From: Desulfocapsa sulfexigens DSM 10523
GTDB lineage: Bacteria; Desulfobacterota; Desulfobulbia; Desulfobulbales; Desulfocapsaceae
DNA: 32,000 nucleotides
Assembly: GCF_000341395.1 (NCBI RefSeq)
Contig: NC_020304.1
Location: 2,490,001 to 2,522,000, forward strand
Reading direction: 5' to 3'
The first letter of the stretch is position 1. Every line of letters starts with the position of its first letter. This document shows, piece by piece, positions 14,358 through 24,513 of this stretch. Made by a program: the position numbers and the translations under genes. The notes beneath the pieces are model-generated. The model had not been told where the DNA came from, ran no database searches, and saw only the letters and a program-made list of their open reading frames with translations.

Positions 14358-15917
14358 ATGGCTGAAAAAAATAGCAGCAGTGGCAGTAAAATTGATATGC
14401 TGAGGGTGTGGGTACATCCAAGAGTTCTTACCATGCTTTTTCTCGGGTTTTCGGCTGGAGTTCCAATACTTCTTATTTTTTCAACCCTTTCGGTATGGCT
14501 GCGTGAAGCCGGAGTCAGTCGTTCTGCGGTAACGTTTTTCAGTTGGGCGGCACTCGGCTATTCCTTTAAATTTATATGGGCACCTCTTGTCGACAAACTC
14601 CCCCTGCCACTATTGACAAAAATGTTCGGCCGTCGTCGTTCCTGGATGTTATTTTCTCAATTTTCGGTGATTACAGCTATCGTCTGGATGGGCCTTACCG
14701 ATCCCACCCGCAGTGATACCAGTCTTGTATATATGGCCCTGGCTGCTGTTTTTCTCGGCTTTTCTTCTGCGACTCAGGATATTGTTATTGATGCCTATCG
14801 TATTGAAAGTGTCGATGAGTCCATGCAGGCCATGCTGGCATCCACCTATGTTGCCGGGTACCGGATCGGCATGCTTGTGGCAGGTGCGGGGTCTCTTTAT
14901 ATCGCTTCCTGGCTGGGGACGTCGCGTGAGTTGTACAATGTGAGCGCCTGGCGTGGAACCTACCTTGTCATGGCTGCTGTTATGCTGGTTGGGGTAGCTA
15001 CGACCTGTGTTATAGACGAACCTCAGGGTTCTGGCAAAACCCCCTATCGCTATACAGTCATTCAGTATATCAGATTCCTCTGTCTTTTTCTGCTTGCTGC
15101 TGCTCTTTTTGCAGCATGTTTTTTTCTCAGTGCTTCCTTTGTTGCCTCGCTGAAAGAACAACTGGTTGCAAGCGCTGGCATACATGGAAAACTCATAGGC
15201 TTTATGGTGGAAACAGTACGCCTCTTTCTTGCGCTTGGAGTGGCGGCCTTTGGGGCTCTTCTGGCTGTTAAAGCAGGGCTTGCTGATAGGGACATGGTGC
15301 AGGAGAGTTATGTTGCACCGGTTCAGGACTTTTTCCTCCGTTATGGAGTGAAAACAGCAGTTGTCCTTCTCCTTTTGGTCGGGTTTTACAGGATTTCAGA
15401 TATTGTCCTTGGGGTGGTTTCCAATGTGTTTTATCTGGACATGGGCTTTAGTAAGAACGTGATAGCTACAGTCACAAAGACTTTTGGCCTTTTGATGACA
15501 CTTGCTGGTGGATTTCTTGGCGGGGTACTTACTATTCGTTATGGCGTATACCGTATGCTCTTTGTTGGTGGAGTTCTGGCTGCAGCAACCAATCTGCTCT
15601 TTATGCTCCTTGCGCAAAGCGGGGAGAATATAACTGTTCTCACTGTGGTGATTGGTGCTGATAATCTCTGTGCGGGACTGGCGTCAACAGCCTTTGTGGC
15701 CTTTCTCTCCAGTCTTACCAATATCTCTTTTACCGCTGTTCAATATGCTCTGTTCTCATCACTGATGACATTATTTCCTAAATTGATAGGTGGTTACTCG
15801 GGCACTGCCGTTTCAAGTTATGGCTATGAAACATTTTTTCTGATGACAGCAGTCCTTGGGGTGCCGGTACTGGTTTTAATCTGGTTTGCAGGGAGACTGG
15901 TTGAGAAAAAAACCTGA
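14358..15917 (+). CDS. ampG: AmpG-family muropeptide/MFS permease
   Basis: 519 aa and polytopic. The motif LGFSAGVPILLIFSTLSVWLREAGVS...FKFIWAPLVD is typical of AmpG/PAT-family transporters. Confidence 0.8.
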   Translation: MAEKNSSSGSKIDMLRVWVHPRVLTMLFLGFSAGVPILLIFSTLSVWLREAGVSRSAVTFFSWAALGYSFKFIWAPLVDKLPLPLLTKMFGRRRSWMLFSQFSVITAIVWMGLTDPTRSDTSLVYMALAAVFLGFSSATQDIVIDAYRIESVDESMQAMLASTYVAGYRIGMLVAGAGSLYIASWLGTSRELYNVSAWRGTYLVMAAVMLVGVATTCVIDEPQGSGKTPYRYTVIQYIRFLCLFLLAAALFAACFFLSASFVASLKEQLVASAGIHGKLIGFMVETVRLFLALGVAAFGALLAVKAGLADRDMVQESYVAPVQDFFLRYGVKTAVVLLLLVGFYRISDIVLGVVSNVFYLDMGFSKNVIATVTKTFGLLMTLAGGFLGGVLTIRYGVYRMLFVGGVLAAATNLLFMLLAQSGENITVLTVVIGADNLCAGLASTAFVAFLSSLTNISFTAVQYALFSSLMTLFPKLIGGYSGTAVSSYGYETFFLMTAVLGVPVLVLIWFAGRLVEKKT

Positions 15918-16985
15918 TTCTTCCATATGATTGATAAGCTTTCGATGGCCCGCCGGAAAGGCGTGGCTTGCAAGAGCAGTAAACGGGATCCATTTGAATT
16001 CCTGCGCGGCGTGGAGAACTGGATCGCTATCCTGTTGAGCAAGCGTCACAAGGAAACAGTGCAGAGTGACTTTATAGCGGGTGAAATGATGGATGGTGGT
16101 GGTGATCTTTGAGTCAATCTCTATCTTAAACTCCGTTTCCTCAAAAAACTCCCGGACGACCGTCTGCTCTGGGGTTTCTCCCAGTTTTAACCGCCCACCG
16201 GGGAATTCCCAGAGCGATCCCCACACATCATCCTCGAGGCGCTGCTGAATAAAGAGTTGCCCATTGTGAAGAAGGACACCCGTAGCCATCTCAATAGGGA
16301 GAATCTTTGTACTTTTTTTGGGTATAGGCCGTTCAGGGATAAGATCGTGTTTGAGGGCCAGACAGTATGGTGCCAGGGGGCACAGGGAGCAATCCGGTTT
16401 TTTGGGGCGGCAGATAAGCGCTCCTAGTTCCATCAGGCCCTGATTAAAGTTTCTCGCCTGTTTGGGGGGGAGCAGTGTTTCTGCCTTCTGCCAGTGGATT
16501 CTTTTTGCTTCCGGGCTTCCTGAAATCAGATCTATATTAAAGAGCCGTGCAAAAATCCGTTCGATATTGGCATCAACCACTGGTACGTCACGGTTGAAGC
16601 TGATGGAAGCTATGGCGCCTGCCGTATAGGGACCGATGCCGGGCAATTTCAGCAGCTCCTTTCGGCTGCTTGGAATCCTTCCCTCGTGTCTCTCGACAAG
16701 GATCTGTGCAGTTTTCAAGATGTTTCGTGCTCTTGAATAATAGCCCAGTCCCTCCCAGCACTTCAAAATCTGATCTTCAGAGGCCATTGCCAGTGTTGCT
16801 ATATCTGGAAATGTATTCATCCAGCGAGAAAAAAAAACAGTAACTCGATCCATCTGAGTCTGTTGGAGCATAATTTCTGATATCCATATCTGGTAGGGGG
16901 TATAGCTGCTTCTCCACGGAAGATCTCTCTGGTTCTTGTCAAACCAGTCGAGGAGTGCCTGTTGAAGAGTGTTGGGGGTGGACAT
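15876..16985 (-). CDS. mutY: A/G-specific adenine DNA glycosylase
   Basis: Motifs are LLDWFDKNQRDLPWR..YQIWISEIMLQQTQ, the HhH-GPD segment LPGIGPYTAGAI, the FeS Cys cluster C..C..C..C, and a C-terminal NUDIX-like WEFPGG. Confidence 0.9.
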   Translation of the reverse strand: MSTPNTLQQALLDWFDKNQRDLPWRSSYTPYQIWISEIMLQQTQMDRVTVFFSRWMNTFPDIATLAMASEDQILKCWEGLGYYSRARNILKTAQILVERHEGRIPSSRKELLKLPGIGPYTAGAIASISFNRDVPVVDANIERIFARLFNIDLISGSPEAKRIHWQKAETLLPPKQARNFNQGLMELGALICRPKKPDCSLCPLAPYCLALKHDLIPERPIPKKSTKILPIEMATGVLLHNGQLFIQQRLEDDVWGSLWEFPGGRLKLGETPEQTVVREFFEETEFKIEIDSKITTTIHHFTRYKVTLHCFLVTLAQQDSDPVLHAAQEFKWIPFTALASHAFPAGHRKLINHMEESGFFLNQSPCKPD

Positions 16986-17124
16986 GAATAATCTGTTTTA
17001 GTCAAAAGTTTTAAACAATGGCACAATATGCTTGCGCAACTGGATACAGTTTCTTACAGTTAATTGAAATAGGAAAATAGAAGAAGCGTTTTTAAGAGTA
17101 TGTAAAAAAAAAGGAGGATTTTCC

Positions 17125-17610
17125 ATGAAAAGTCTAGTCGTCTACTCGTCAAAAAGTGGTAATACCAAAAAACTGGCCGAGGCGGTTTACAACCATCTCA
17201 GCGGAGAAAAAGAAATTTTTGCAGTTGCAGACGCTCCAGATCCTGCCGGATACGACTTTGTTGCGGTCGGTTTCTGGCTGCAGGGTGGTCAGCCTGACCC
17301 TGATTCCCAGGCGTTTCTGGCGAAAATTGCAGAGGGACAGGATCTGTATCTTTTTGCTACTCATGGTGCAGCTGCCGGGTCGCCACATGCCGAGAATGCA
17401 ATGAATGCTGCGAAATCCATCGCTGCCAAGGGCCATGTGATTGCCACCTTTTCCTGTCCCGGTCAGGTTCCTGAAAAGGTTCTGGAAATGGCCAGCAAGA
17501 AAGATCCCCAGCCGCCATGGTTGGCTGACGCTCCAGCTGCAGTTGGCCATCCCGACGAAACCGATGTTAAGAATGTTGTGCGTCTTCTTGTGGAGTTGGA
17601 TTTACCTTAG
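17125..17610 (+). CDS. flavodoxin-family protein
   Basis: It has the MKSLVVYSSKSGNTKKLAEAV FMN-phosphate loop and a strong SD (AAAGGAGG). Confidence 0.8.
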   Translation: MKSLVVYSSKSGNTKKLAEAVYNHLSGEKEIFAVADAPDPAGYDFVAVGFWLQGGQPDPDSQAFLAKIAEGQDLYLFATHGAAAGSPHAENAMNAAKSIAAKGHVIATFSCPGQVPEKVLEMASKKDPQPPWLADAPAAVGHPDETDVKNVVRLLVELDLP

Positions 17611-18018
17611 AGAAACAAAGGAAAACTCCGGTTTGTTCTCTTTTTTTCTGATCCAGTTGAGTCCTTTCTGCACTGGACGATAGGAGAGCAGACGATCTGT
17701 CAGCGCCCGTTTTCCAGGAAAGTCCAGCAGAGAGATGCCAAGGATAATGGTAAGGATTCCCTGGCCTGGGAGAAAGAGCATCAGGATCCCGGAAAGAAAA
17801 AGGATGAATCCTAAAAAGTAGCGCAGGGTACGAAGGAGGATGAATATCACAGGATGTTCATCCTCCTTTTTTTTGTGTTCGTGGAGGTGGATAAAAAAAT
17901 CCTTGTCGAGCATACCGATGATCCAGGGAATGATAAGCAGGCTCAGGAAGAATGTCGCAGTTGAAAGAAGGCCAAGCAGGCTGAGTAGGTGGCCGTATGT
18001 GTCAATAAAGAGTTGCAT
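17602..18018 (-). CDS. small membrane protein, PGPGW/YbaN-like
   Basis: 138 aa from ATG 18018: MQLFIDTYGHLLSLLGLL...LPGQGILTIILGISLLDFPGK. The upstream part of track ORF 17602-18318 overlaps the prmA C-terminus and has no protein-like character. Confidence 0.55.
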   Translation of the reverse strand: MQLFIDTYGHLLSLLGLLSTATFFLSLLIIPWIIGMLDKDFFIHLHEHKKKEDEHPVIFILLRTLRYFLGFILFLSGILMLFLPGQGILTIILGISLLDFPGKRALTDRLLSYRPVQKGLNWIRKKENKPEFSFVSLR

Positions 18019-18043
18019 TACGCTGAGAGTCGTTGACGGAGGA

Positions 18044-18883
18044 TCAGACCATTGTATTGGCAAGTACCCAGAGTCGCCAGGTATCGGATTTTCTTCTTTC
18101 AAGAAGCTTGAGTTTATCCATGGGGAGGGCAGCGAGGAGTTCCTCTTCCATGGAGGGAATAAATCCCGAGATAATATAGTAGCGTGCATTCCAGAAATCC
18201 GGATTCTCAAAAAAACTGAGCAGCAGCCCTTTGTAGAGGTTTGCCACCACCAGGTCAACGCTGGTATCGGGAAGCACACCACGAAGGTCTGCCTCCATAA
18301 CCGTGATCTGTGTGTCACAGTTGTTTAAGCCTACATTTTTTTCGGCCACGGTACATGCAAAGGGGTTGTTGTCATAGGATCGTATTGTATCGACCCCAAG
18401 CTTGGCAGCACCGAGGGAAAGTAATCCTGTTCCTGTGCCAAAATCCACCATGGTATTGATTTGCCTGGGGGTGGAGCAGAGCATATCACTGATCGTCTGC
18501 AGACACAGTCTGGTGGTAGGGTGAAACCCGGAGCCAAATATAACACTTGGGTCGAGCTGAATGGTGATTTCTTCCTCGTTGTCGTTCAGCTGGTCGACTT
18601 CCCATAGTGGAGCAACAACGAGAGGCGGTACAGAGAAGGTGGTGATATCCAGTCCCGCCTCCCAATCCTGATAGTCCAGATTGGCGTCATAGATGATTTC
18701 TGCGCCACTCCGCCTGCAGATAGCTTCGACAAGTTCCTTTTTTTCCTTATGAAAAAAGAGGATTGCGGTGTCATCTTCAATCCAGGTACCGATAAGGTCT
18801 GGATCATCAATAATGCCTAAATCAATGCGGTCAAAATTGTAGACATAGAGCTGGTCGTAACGGGTATATGGCGGTTTTAGCAT
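18044..18883 (-). CDS. prmA: ribosomal protein L11 methyltransferase
   Basis: Motifs are IFGSGFHPTTRLCL and the SAM motif VDFGTGTGLLSLGAAKLG. Confidence 0.9.
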   Translation of the reverse strand: MLKPPYTRYDQLYVYNFDRIDLGIIDDPDLIGTWIEDDTAILFFHKEKKELVEAICRRSGAEIIYDANLDYQDWEAGLDITTFSVPPLVVAPLWEVDQLNDNEEEITIQLDPSVIFGSGFHPTTRLCLQTISDMLCSTPRQINTMVDFGTGTGLLSLGAAKLGVDTIRSYDNNPFACTVAEKNVGLNNCDTQITVMEADLRGVLPDTSVDLVVANLYKGLLLSFFENPDFWNARYYIISGFIPSMEEELLAALPMDKLKLLERRKSDTWRLWVLANTMV

Positions 18884-18888
18884 AATTA

Positions 18889-21800
18889 TTAGGGAGTACT
18901 GCGAACTGTTGTGATACCGATACGGGAACCATTTGTAGCGCTGGCATCGGTGATTTCCGGTTTGTTCATTATGGTTACGCGCCGGGGAGAAATATTCAGG
19001 CTGTGGACACAGAAATCGTACACGATGAGACTACGTTCCCTGGCCAGGCCGAGCAGGGTTTCATCACTGATGGAAACGGGCTTGGCCTGAATCGGTTTAT
19101 ATCCGGCAAGATCTTTTTTAGGGATATTCTCTTCTTTTACGGTGTTTCCCGGCGGTGCAGCCAGTATTGCGGCTTGTTGCTTCTTCTGGTATTCGGCAAG
19201 AGCCTGACTGTTGATACTGTCAACTCGTTGCTGTTCTATTTCTTCCTGTAATGCCTGTAATACTTGCCGGTCTGTTTTGTTGTCGGCCAGTCCTGTTATT
19301 GTAAGGCCGAGTCCGGGATGTTCATGTAAAAGTTCGGCGTATCGGCCAAGAATCTTTTTACCTTTACTGTCAATTTGGTTTGAGCCTGGCTGAAAGGAGA
19401 CAGTGTTCTGATCCTGCAGATCTTTAAAGCGGCGGTCAAGCAGGAGTGGGGTGTAAGATGCTTTGATGACAGTTGTTTGAAAGGTAGTCAGAGCTTCTTT
19501 GAGGAGTGAGCGACTGCTGTCCGTAATGGCTATATCCAACGGAAAGGAGTTATCAGTGTCCTTCAGAAAGGCGAGCGCCAGCGCCGTGTCGGAATTGAGG
19601 GAAGCAGGTTGAAGGTTTGTAACAATGATTTTATTTTTACTGCTGAAAAGTGAATCTTTTTCAATCATATTCAGCTCCAGGGACAGGCTTGCATGCTCTG
19701 GACTGATCGTGGATGACTCCAGTTGTTTGTGAAATATTTTAAGTGGTAAGTCAGAGAATTTCATTCCTGCACGAGCCTCAAGTGAATCGTCAAACAGAGC
19801 CAGAGCACCAGACAGGTCGAGTGGAGACTCTTCCAGCTTTCCGGTCAGGCTAAAGATGGCAAGGCCGTTTTTAGTGGTGTTGAGATTCCTTATGGTTCCT
19901 TCCAGTGCATTGACTGTTGTCGACCATGAAGGGGACAGGCGGCTGTCTGTTATGCTTATGGAAGCATCTTTTAAATTAAAATTCCGTATCTCAAGAGGAA
20001 AGACTGTTTTTTCTTCTGCACTCTTCTCTGCTACAAGCCGTATTCCTTTTTGGAGATCCTGAAAGGCTGATTGAGCACTTCGCTGCCATTGAAGCTGTGG
20101 AGAATTGAGCAGCATGGATTCCGCCCGGAGTGAGAAAGGTGTGAGGCGACAACTGATGTCGTTTAATTCTGCTGATTTCCAGGTAAGGAGCGGTGTTTTA
20201 GGGGCTACCTGGAGGAGCGAGTCAGTTAGCCTGATGTCCCCCTGGAAGGAGGCGTCGGGATAACTGTAGGTACCTTTTCCGTGAAGTGTGGTTTTGCTAT
20301 GAAATAAAAGTGGCCAACTGACAAAAAAAGGAGAGAAACTCTGTGAGTCAATATTAGAGAATGCGAGATTTGCCTCAATCTGTATGGGGGCAAGATTAAA
20401 GACACCCTTTGCTTTCACGATACCTTTTTGCGGCAGTTGTCCCGAAAAAGCAAAATTTTCTGTGGTGGAAGTTTGCTCAAGTCTGTTTGTCTGGAAGCGG
20501 ATTTCAGAAATGAGGAGAGGTTTCTTTTGGGTTTTGCTGTTTTTTATGGTGACCTCTCCCTCAAAATCAATACCCTGTATGAGTGGATGGTTTTTAGCTG
20601 TGAAAAGCTGATTTAACAGGGGAGGAAGCGTATTGTCGGTAACAGTCAGTGACGCATCTTTAAGAAAAATATTACCAAGGTTGTACTGGTCTGCTGTTTT
20701 GCTGAGACGGGTAAAGCGAATGGAATCTGCTTTTAGCCAGGTGTCTTTGCCGTGGAGAAACTTCAGGTCATGGAGTTGCAATATGGCATCGTCAAGGGTA
20801 TGGCCAGTTGAATTGTTCTCTCTGGGGGAAATGCTGAGATCACCAGAAAGTGTAGCTGTCCCATGAATCATGTCCTTTGATTCCGGGAGCAGTTGCCGGA
20901 AAAGGATACCCGCGGGAAAATTATTGAGGAGGAGTTTTCCCTTTATTGTCTCGCTACTCTGATACTTTCCCTGCCACGAAAAGTCGGCTTTGTTCGGGGC
21001 ATGATTTCCACTGACGTGGAAGATTCCCGTCGCATTGGTAGAATCAAAATTTTTGATGGTAAGCTGCAGATCACTCCACTCTGAAGTGCTTGGTTTTCCC
21101 TTGATCGTCTCGTCAATCAGGGTGAGCTTACTCTGGTCGGTCAGGAATCTGTCAATAATGATGGTTGGAGGAAGTGTTCCCTGGGGATGGCTTGGAAAGA
21201 AAATCTGCTGCAGGACTGCCTGGAGTTGCCCCCCATTGCCTGAGAGTTCAATATTTTTGGTTATTATATCTCTGATGTGAAATTCTTTTCCGACGGGTGT
21301 TAGCATCGCATCCAACTTCATGGCAGGCACAATGAGCTGAAAAGTATCATCGTTTCCCTGCATCTCAATATCCATCGCATCCATCTTGATATCAATGCTG
21401 AGGCGATCTCCCTGTCGCTTATCAGGGGCGAAACTTATTTCTAAAGTGGTGTCTGCCCATCCTTTTTTTATGGAAAGAGGGACAGTTGACGGAAGATATG
21501 AAAAATAGGGAACCAGGTCGAGAGACTTTATATTACAGGAAAGTTTTGTCTGGAATCCCTGATTGTCAGGAAGTTGAACAGCCTCACCTGTCAACTGGAT
21601 CGGGCTACCATTGATGACTGCAGAAAAATGAGGCTGGATATAATTGTTTGACTGGAAATCGAAATTGGAAAGTGTCGGAATGGCAAGTTGCAGATCTTCA
21701 ACAGCATGTTTTTTTTCAGTGACTTGATCTTCAAACAGAATACGACTGTTGTTGATATCAATATTGTTGAGTGAGAAGAGAAATGGCAATGTTGCGAAAT

Positions 21801-22326
21801 GTATAATATCGCCCTGTTCCTGATTCTTTGAAACACGTGAAAGAGCTGGAATGTTATAGTGGGTATCTTTATATCGAATGAGGTTCAGTTGCAGTTTTTC
21901 AATTGTCAGTTTGTCACAGGTGAATGAGTTGCGAACCAGGGAAGTCAGGTCAAGATCGATAAAGAGTGACTGGGCGCTGAGTAGCGGGTCCGTTGTTGCA
22001 TTTTTATCGAGGTCTGCGGTGAGCTGTTTTAGCGTAAGCTGGAAATTGAGTGGATTGAGCCGGGCACTCCCAATGGTCAGGGTGAGGCCCAATTGCTTTT
22101 GTATATAGCGGGGAATGTATTTCTTTATTGCCAGAGGGACAATATAAATTGCAGTCAGGAAGTATGTGGCAATGAAAAAAAACACCAGAATGGGAAGAAA
22201 AAATGATTTTCGTGGTGTTGTCGGCTTCTTGGCGGGCTTGCCAGGTTTTCGATGTTTCTGCGGTTTCTGAGGTTTTGGGGATGGGATGTCAGAATTGATT
22301 GCTATGGAGCCGTAATGATCAGACAT
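18889..22326 (-). CDS. large N-terminally membrane-anchored DUF748/AsmA-like protein with OmpA-like C-terminal segment
   Basis: About 1145 aa from ATG 22326; the track start at 22419 is also possible. It has a Lys/Pro-rich stretch followed by the TM helix FFLPILVFFFIATYFLTAIYIV. A long beta-rich body follows, and the C-terminus reads F.PGS..I...GKKILGRYAELLHEHPGLGLTITGLAD. Confidence 0.65.
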   Translation of the reverse strand: MSDHYGSIAINSDIPSPKPQKPQKHRKPGKPAKKPTTPRKSFFLPILVFFFIATYFLTAIYIVPLAIKKYIPRYIQKQLGLTLTIGSARLNPLNFQLTLKQLTADLDKNATTDPLLSAQSLFIDLDLTSLVRNSFTCDKLTIEKLQLNLIRYKDTHYNIPALSRVSKNQEQGDIIHFATLPFLFSLNNIDINNSRILFEDQVTEKKHAVEDLQLAIPTLSNFDFQSNNYIQPHFSAVINGSPIQLTGEAVQLPDNQGFQTKLSCNIKSLDLVPYFSYLPSTVPLSIKKGWADTTLEISFAPDKRQGDRLSIDIKMDAMDIEMQGNDDTFQLIVPAMKLDAMLTPVGKEFHIRDIITKNIELSGNGGQLQAVLQQIFFPSHPQGTLPPTIIIDRFLTDQSKLTLIDETIKGKPSTSEWSDLQLTIKNFDSTNATGIFHVSGNHAPNKADFSWQGKYQSSETIKGKLLLNNFPAGILFRQLLPESKDMIHGTATLSGDLSISPRENNSTGHTLDDAILQLHDLKFLHGKDTWLKADSIRFTRLSKTADQYNLGNIFLKDASLTVTDNTLPPLLNQLFTAKNHPLIQGIDFEGEVTIKNSKTQKKPLLISEIRFQTNRLEQTSTTENFAFSGQLPQKGIVKAKGVFNLAPIQIEANLAFSNIDSQSFSPFFVSWPLLFHSKTTLHGKGTYSYPDASFQGDIRLTDSLLQVAPKTPLLTWKSAELNDISCRLTPFSLRAESMLLNSPQLQWQRSAQSAFQDLQKGIRLVAEKSAEEKTVFPLEIRNFNLKDASISITDSRLSPSWSTTVNALEGTIRNLNTTKNGLAIFSLTGKLEESPLDLSGALALFDDSLEARAGMKFSDLPLKIFHKQLESSTISPEHASLSLELNMIEKDSLFSSKNKIIVTNLQPASLNSDTALALAFLKDTDNSFPLDIAITDSSRSLLKEALTTFQTTVIKASYTPLLLDRRFKDLQDQNTVSFQPGSNQIDSKGKKILGRYAELLHEHPGLGLTITGLADNKTDRQVLQALQEEIEQQRVDSINSQALAEYQKKQQAAILAAPPGNTVKEENIPKKDLAGYKPIQAKPVSISDETLLGLARERSLIVYDFCVHSLNISPRRVTIMNKPEITDASATNGSRIGITTVRSTP

Positions 22327-22698
22327 GGGAATAAACTGTATTAGAAGGTGCTTTAACTTGCATATGTAATGGTTGTTGTATTTGAATGTAAGGGTGTGCG
22401 ATAAGTCACGCTGTCTCATCTGCGACCAGTATACCTGACATCGAAAACAAAAAAATTAAAAAAATGGAGATTTGTTGCAGGATTATTTTATTCCTCTATC
22501 ACAATCCTGTGATTACTACCGGATGCTTCAGGAATCGTCAATCGTGTGGACGGTACCCCTGCTGTTGAATGAAAAAAAACAGTCAATAACTGCTAAAAAA
22601 AAAGGAAGATGAATTTTGTTTGGAAAAAGTTGTTAAATTCAAGTAGTATAAAGAAAAGTTTTTTCTTAATCCCCTTCTGATGACGTGACCGAACACTA

Positions 22699-23490
22699 AT
22701 GCTTGCAAGTTTCAATATTTTACGGTGGCAAGATGTCCTGGATATTCTGGTAGTAGCTTTTATTATCTATCAGCTTATAGCCATTATCCGTGGTACGCGT
22801 TCTGTTCAGATGGTGCTGGGGTTAATCGTGGTGGGTATGGTCTATTTTATGGCCTCCATTCTTGATCTTGTTACTCTCCAATGGCTGCTGAAAACATTTC
22901 TCGGTTCTCTCCTGCTTATTATTGTAATTGTTTTTCAACAGGATATTCGCCGGGCTCTGACTCAGGTAGGAAAATCCCCTTTCCAGAAAAATCTTGATAT
23001 GGCCGAAAAGGATCTCGATGAGATTATTCGTGCCTGTTATTATTTGTCAAAGCGGCGTATAGGTGCTCTGATTGTCATTGAAAGAGAAACAGGACTACGT
23101 GAGTTTGTTGATTCTGGCTTTAAATTAAACGCAGTTCTGAGCAAAGAATTGCTGATTTCAATTTTTATGCCGGTTTCTCCTCTTCATGATGGCGGTGTGA
23201 TTATTTATAAGGGGAGGGTGCAGACAGCGGGATGTATTATGCCACTCTCTCAAAATCCATATATCAGCAAACGTTTTGGAACCCGCCATCGTGCAGCAAT
23301 TGGACTCTCCGAGGAGACAGATGCGGTTATTATCGTTGTGTCTGAGGAGACCCAGGAAGTATCACTTGTTCAGCATGGCGCTCTTACTGCCATGCACGAT
23401 GAGATGACTCTCACCAATACCCTGCGAAATATTTTTCTTCCAAAAGAAACTCTGACTAACGGCTGGAAGCAATGGGTGGGGCGCACATGA
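22699..23490 (+). CDS. cdaA: diadenylate cyclase (c-di-AMP synthase), membrane-bound CdaA type
   Basis: It has three N-terminal TM helices and a DisA_N domain: GALIVIERETGL, SPLHDGGVII and GTRHRAAIGLSEETDAVIIVVSEE. Confidence 0.92.
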   Translation: MLASFNILRWQDVLDILVVAFIIYQLIAIIRGTRSVQMVLGLIVVGMVYFMASILDLVTLQWLLKTFLGSLLLIIVIVFQQDIRRALTQVGKSPFQKNLDMAEKDLDEIIRACYYLSKRRIGALIVIERETGLREFVDSGFKLNAVLSKELLISIFMPVSPLHDGGVIIYKGRVQTAGCIMPLSQNPYISKRFGTRHRAAIGLSEETDAVIIVVSEETQEVSLVQHGALTAMHDEMTLTNTLRNIFLPKETLTNGWKQWVGRT

Positions 23491-24461
23491 ATGTTTTTAA
23501 TTTTCGTCATTGGATGCAGCTCTCTCCCAAGGATTGGGTGCTTCGCCTTGTTTCTCTTGGACTTGCCATTGTGCTCTGGTATTTTGTGGGCGGAGAGGAC
23601 ATTGTAAATAAGAATGTTATGGTGCCCGTCGAGGTTATTAATCTGCCTCGTGATCTGGTTATCTCCAATCAGTATAAGAAAGAGATTGAAGTCTCTGTCA
23701 GTGGCCCTCGTAGTCTGGTTATGGACATTGGAAACCGTGGGATTTCCCGTCATATTGACCTTTCCCAGGCAACGCCAGGTACCATGGTACTTGAAAACAC
23801 TAATGATGTTATCAGTGTTCCCCGTGGGGTAAAGGTTCTCCGTATTCAGCCCAAGAGCGTGATTCTTTCACTGGATAAAATGATCCAGAAACAGTTTTCA
23901 GTGAATCCTGTCACCGTTGGCATGCTTGCAACGGATTTTATATTAAAAGAGATTCGTATGGAACCAGACTCGATTTCCATTACTGGCCCTCAAACTGTAT
24001 TGTCACAATTTGACGTGTTGCGTACAAAGCCAATTGATATTAGCGGGTTGCGGAAATCGACTCAAATTCAGATTCCCCTTGAACTTGACCCGGTGATTGT
24101 AGATTTGATTGGTGCCACCACAATCACAGCCGATCTTGATATTGCAGTTGAAACAGTGCAGAAGAAGATTTCAAATCTGACCGTTGAAGTGGAAAAAGAT
24201 GGCGCACCTCAAAGAGTTACTCCAGCTACTGTGTCCATCACCGTTGCACTTCCCAAAACTTTGATCCGGGAAAAGGTGGATCTTCAGTCATTATTTACCA
24301 TTACTGCAGTGGATGAAAAAAATGATGGCCAGATGCACGTGAAGGCAATTCCCACTAACAAGTTTACTGATAATCCCATTCGGGTGATTCGTATTGAGCC
24401 TCAGGTTGTGACTTTGATTGAAGAGGTTGTTGTCCCTGAGGGGCCCGCCACACAAGAGTGA
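23487..24461 (+). CDS. cdaR: CdaA regulatory protein CdaR (YbbR-repeat protein)
   Basis: Its start overlaps the cdaA stop (ATGA). It has an N-terminal TM helix and repeated YbbR-like beta modules (VPVEVINLPRDLVI.., ISITGPQTVLSQ). Confidence 0.8.
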   Translation: MNVFNFRHWMQLSPKDWVLRLVSLGLAIVLWYFVGGEDIVNKNVMVPVEVINLPRDLVISNQYKKEIEVSVSGPRSLVMDIGNRGISRHIDLSQATPGTMVLENTNDVISVPRGVKVLRIQPKSVILSLDKMIQKQFSVNPVTVGMLATDFILKEIRMEPDSISITGPQTVLSQFDVLRTKPIDISGLRKSTQIQIPLELDPVIVDLIGATTITADLDIAVETVQKKISNLTVEVEKDGAPQRVTPATVSITVALPKTLIREKVDLQSLFTITAVDEKNDGQMHVKAIPTNKFTDNPIRVIRIEPQVVTLIEEVVVPEGPATQE

Positions 24462-24513
24462 CTGTAGAGTATATCTTTGTGCTCACAATCAAGTAATTCA
24501 AACAAAATAAATC

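Noticed and set aside
18019-18318. N-terminal 100 codons of track ORF 17602-18318
   Set aside because: It overlaps the prmA C-terminal coding region in another frame and has a Trp/Cys/Arg-rich non-protein-like sequence. The membrane protein starts plausibly at Met101 (18018).
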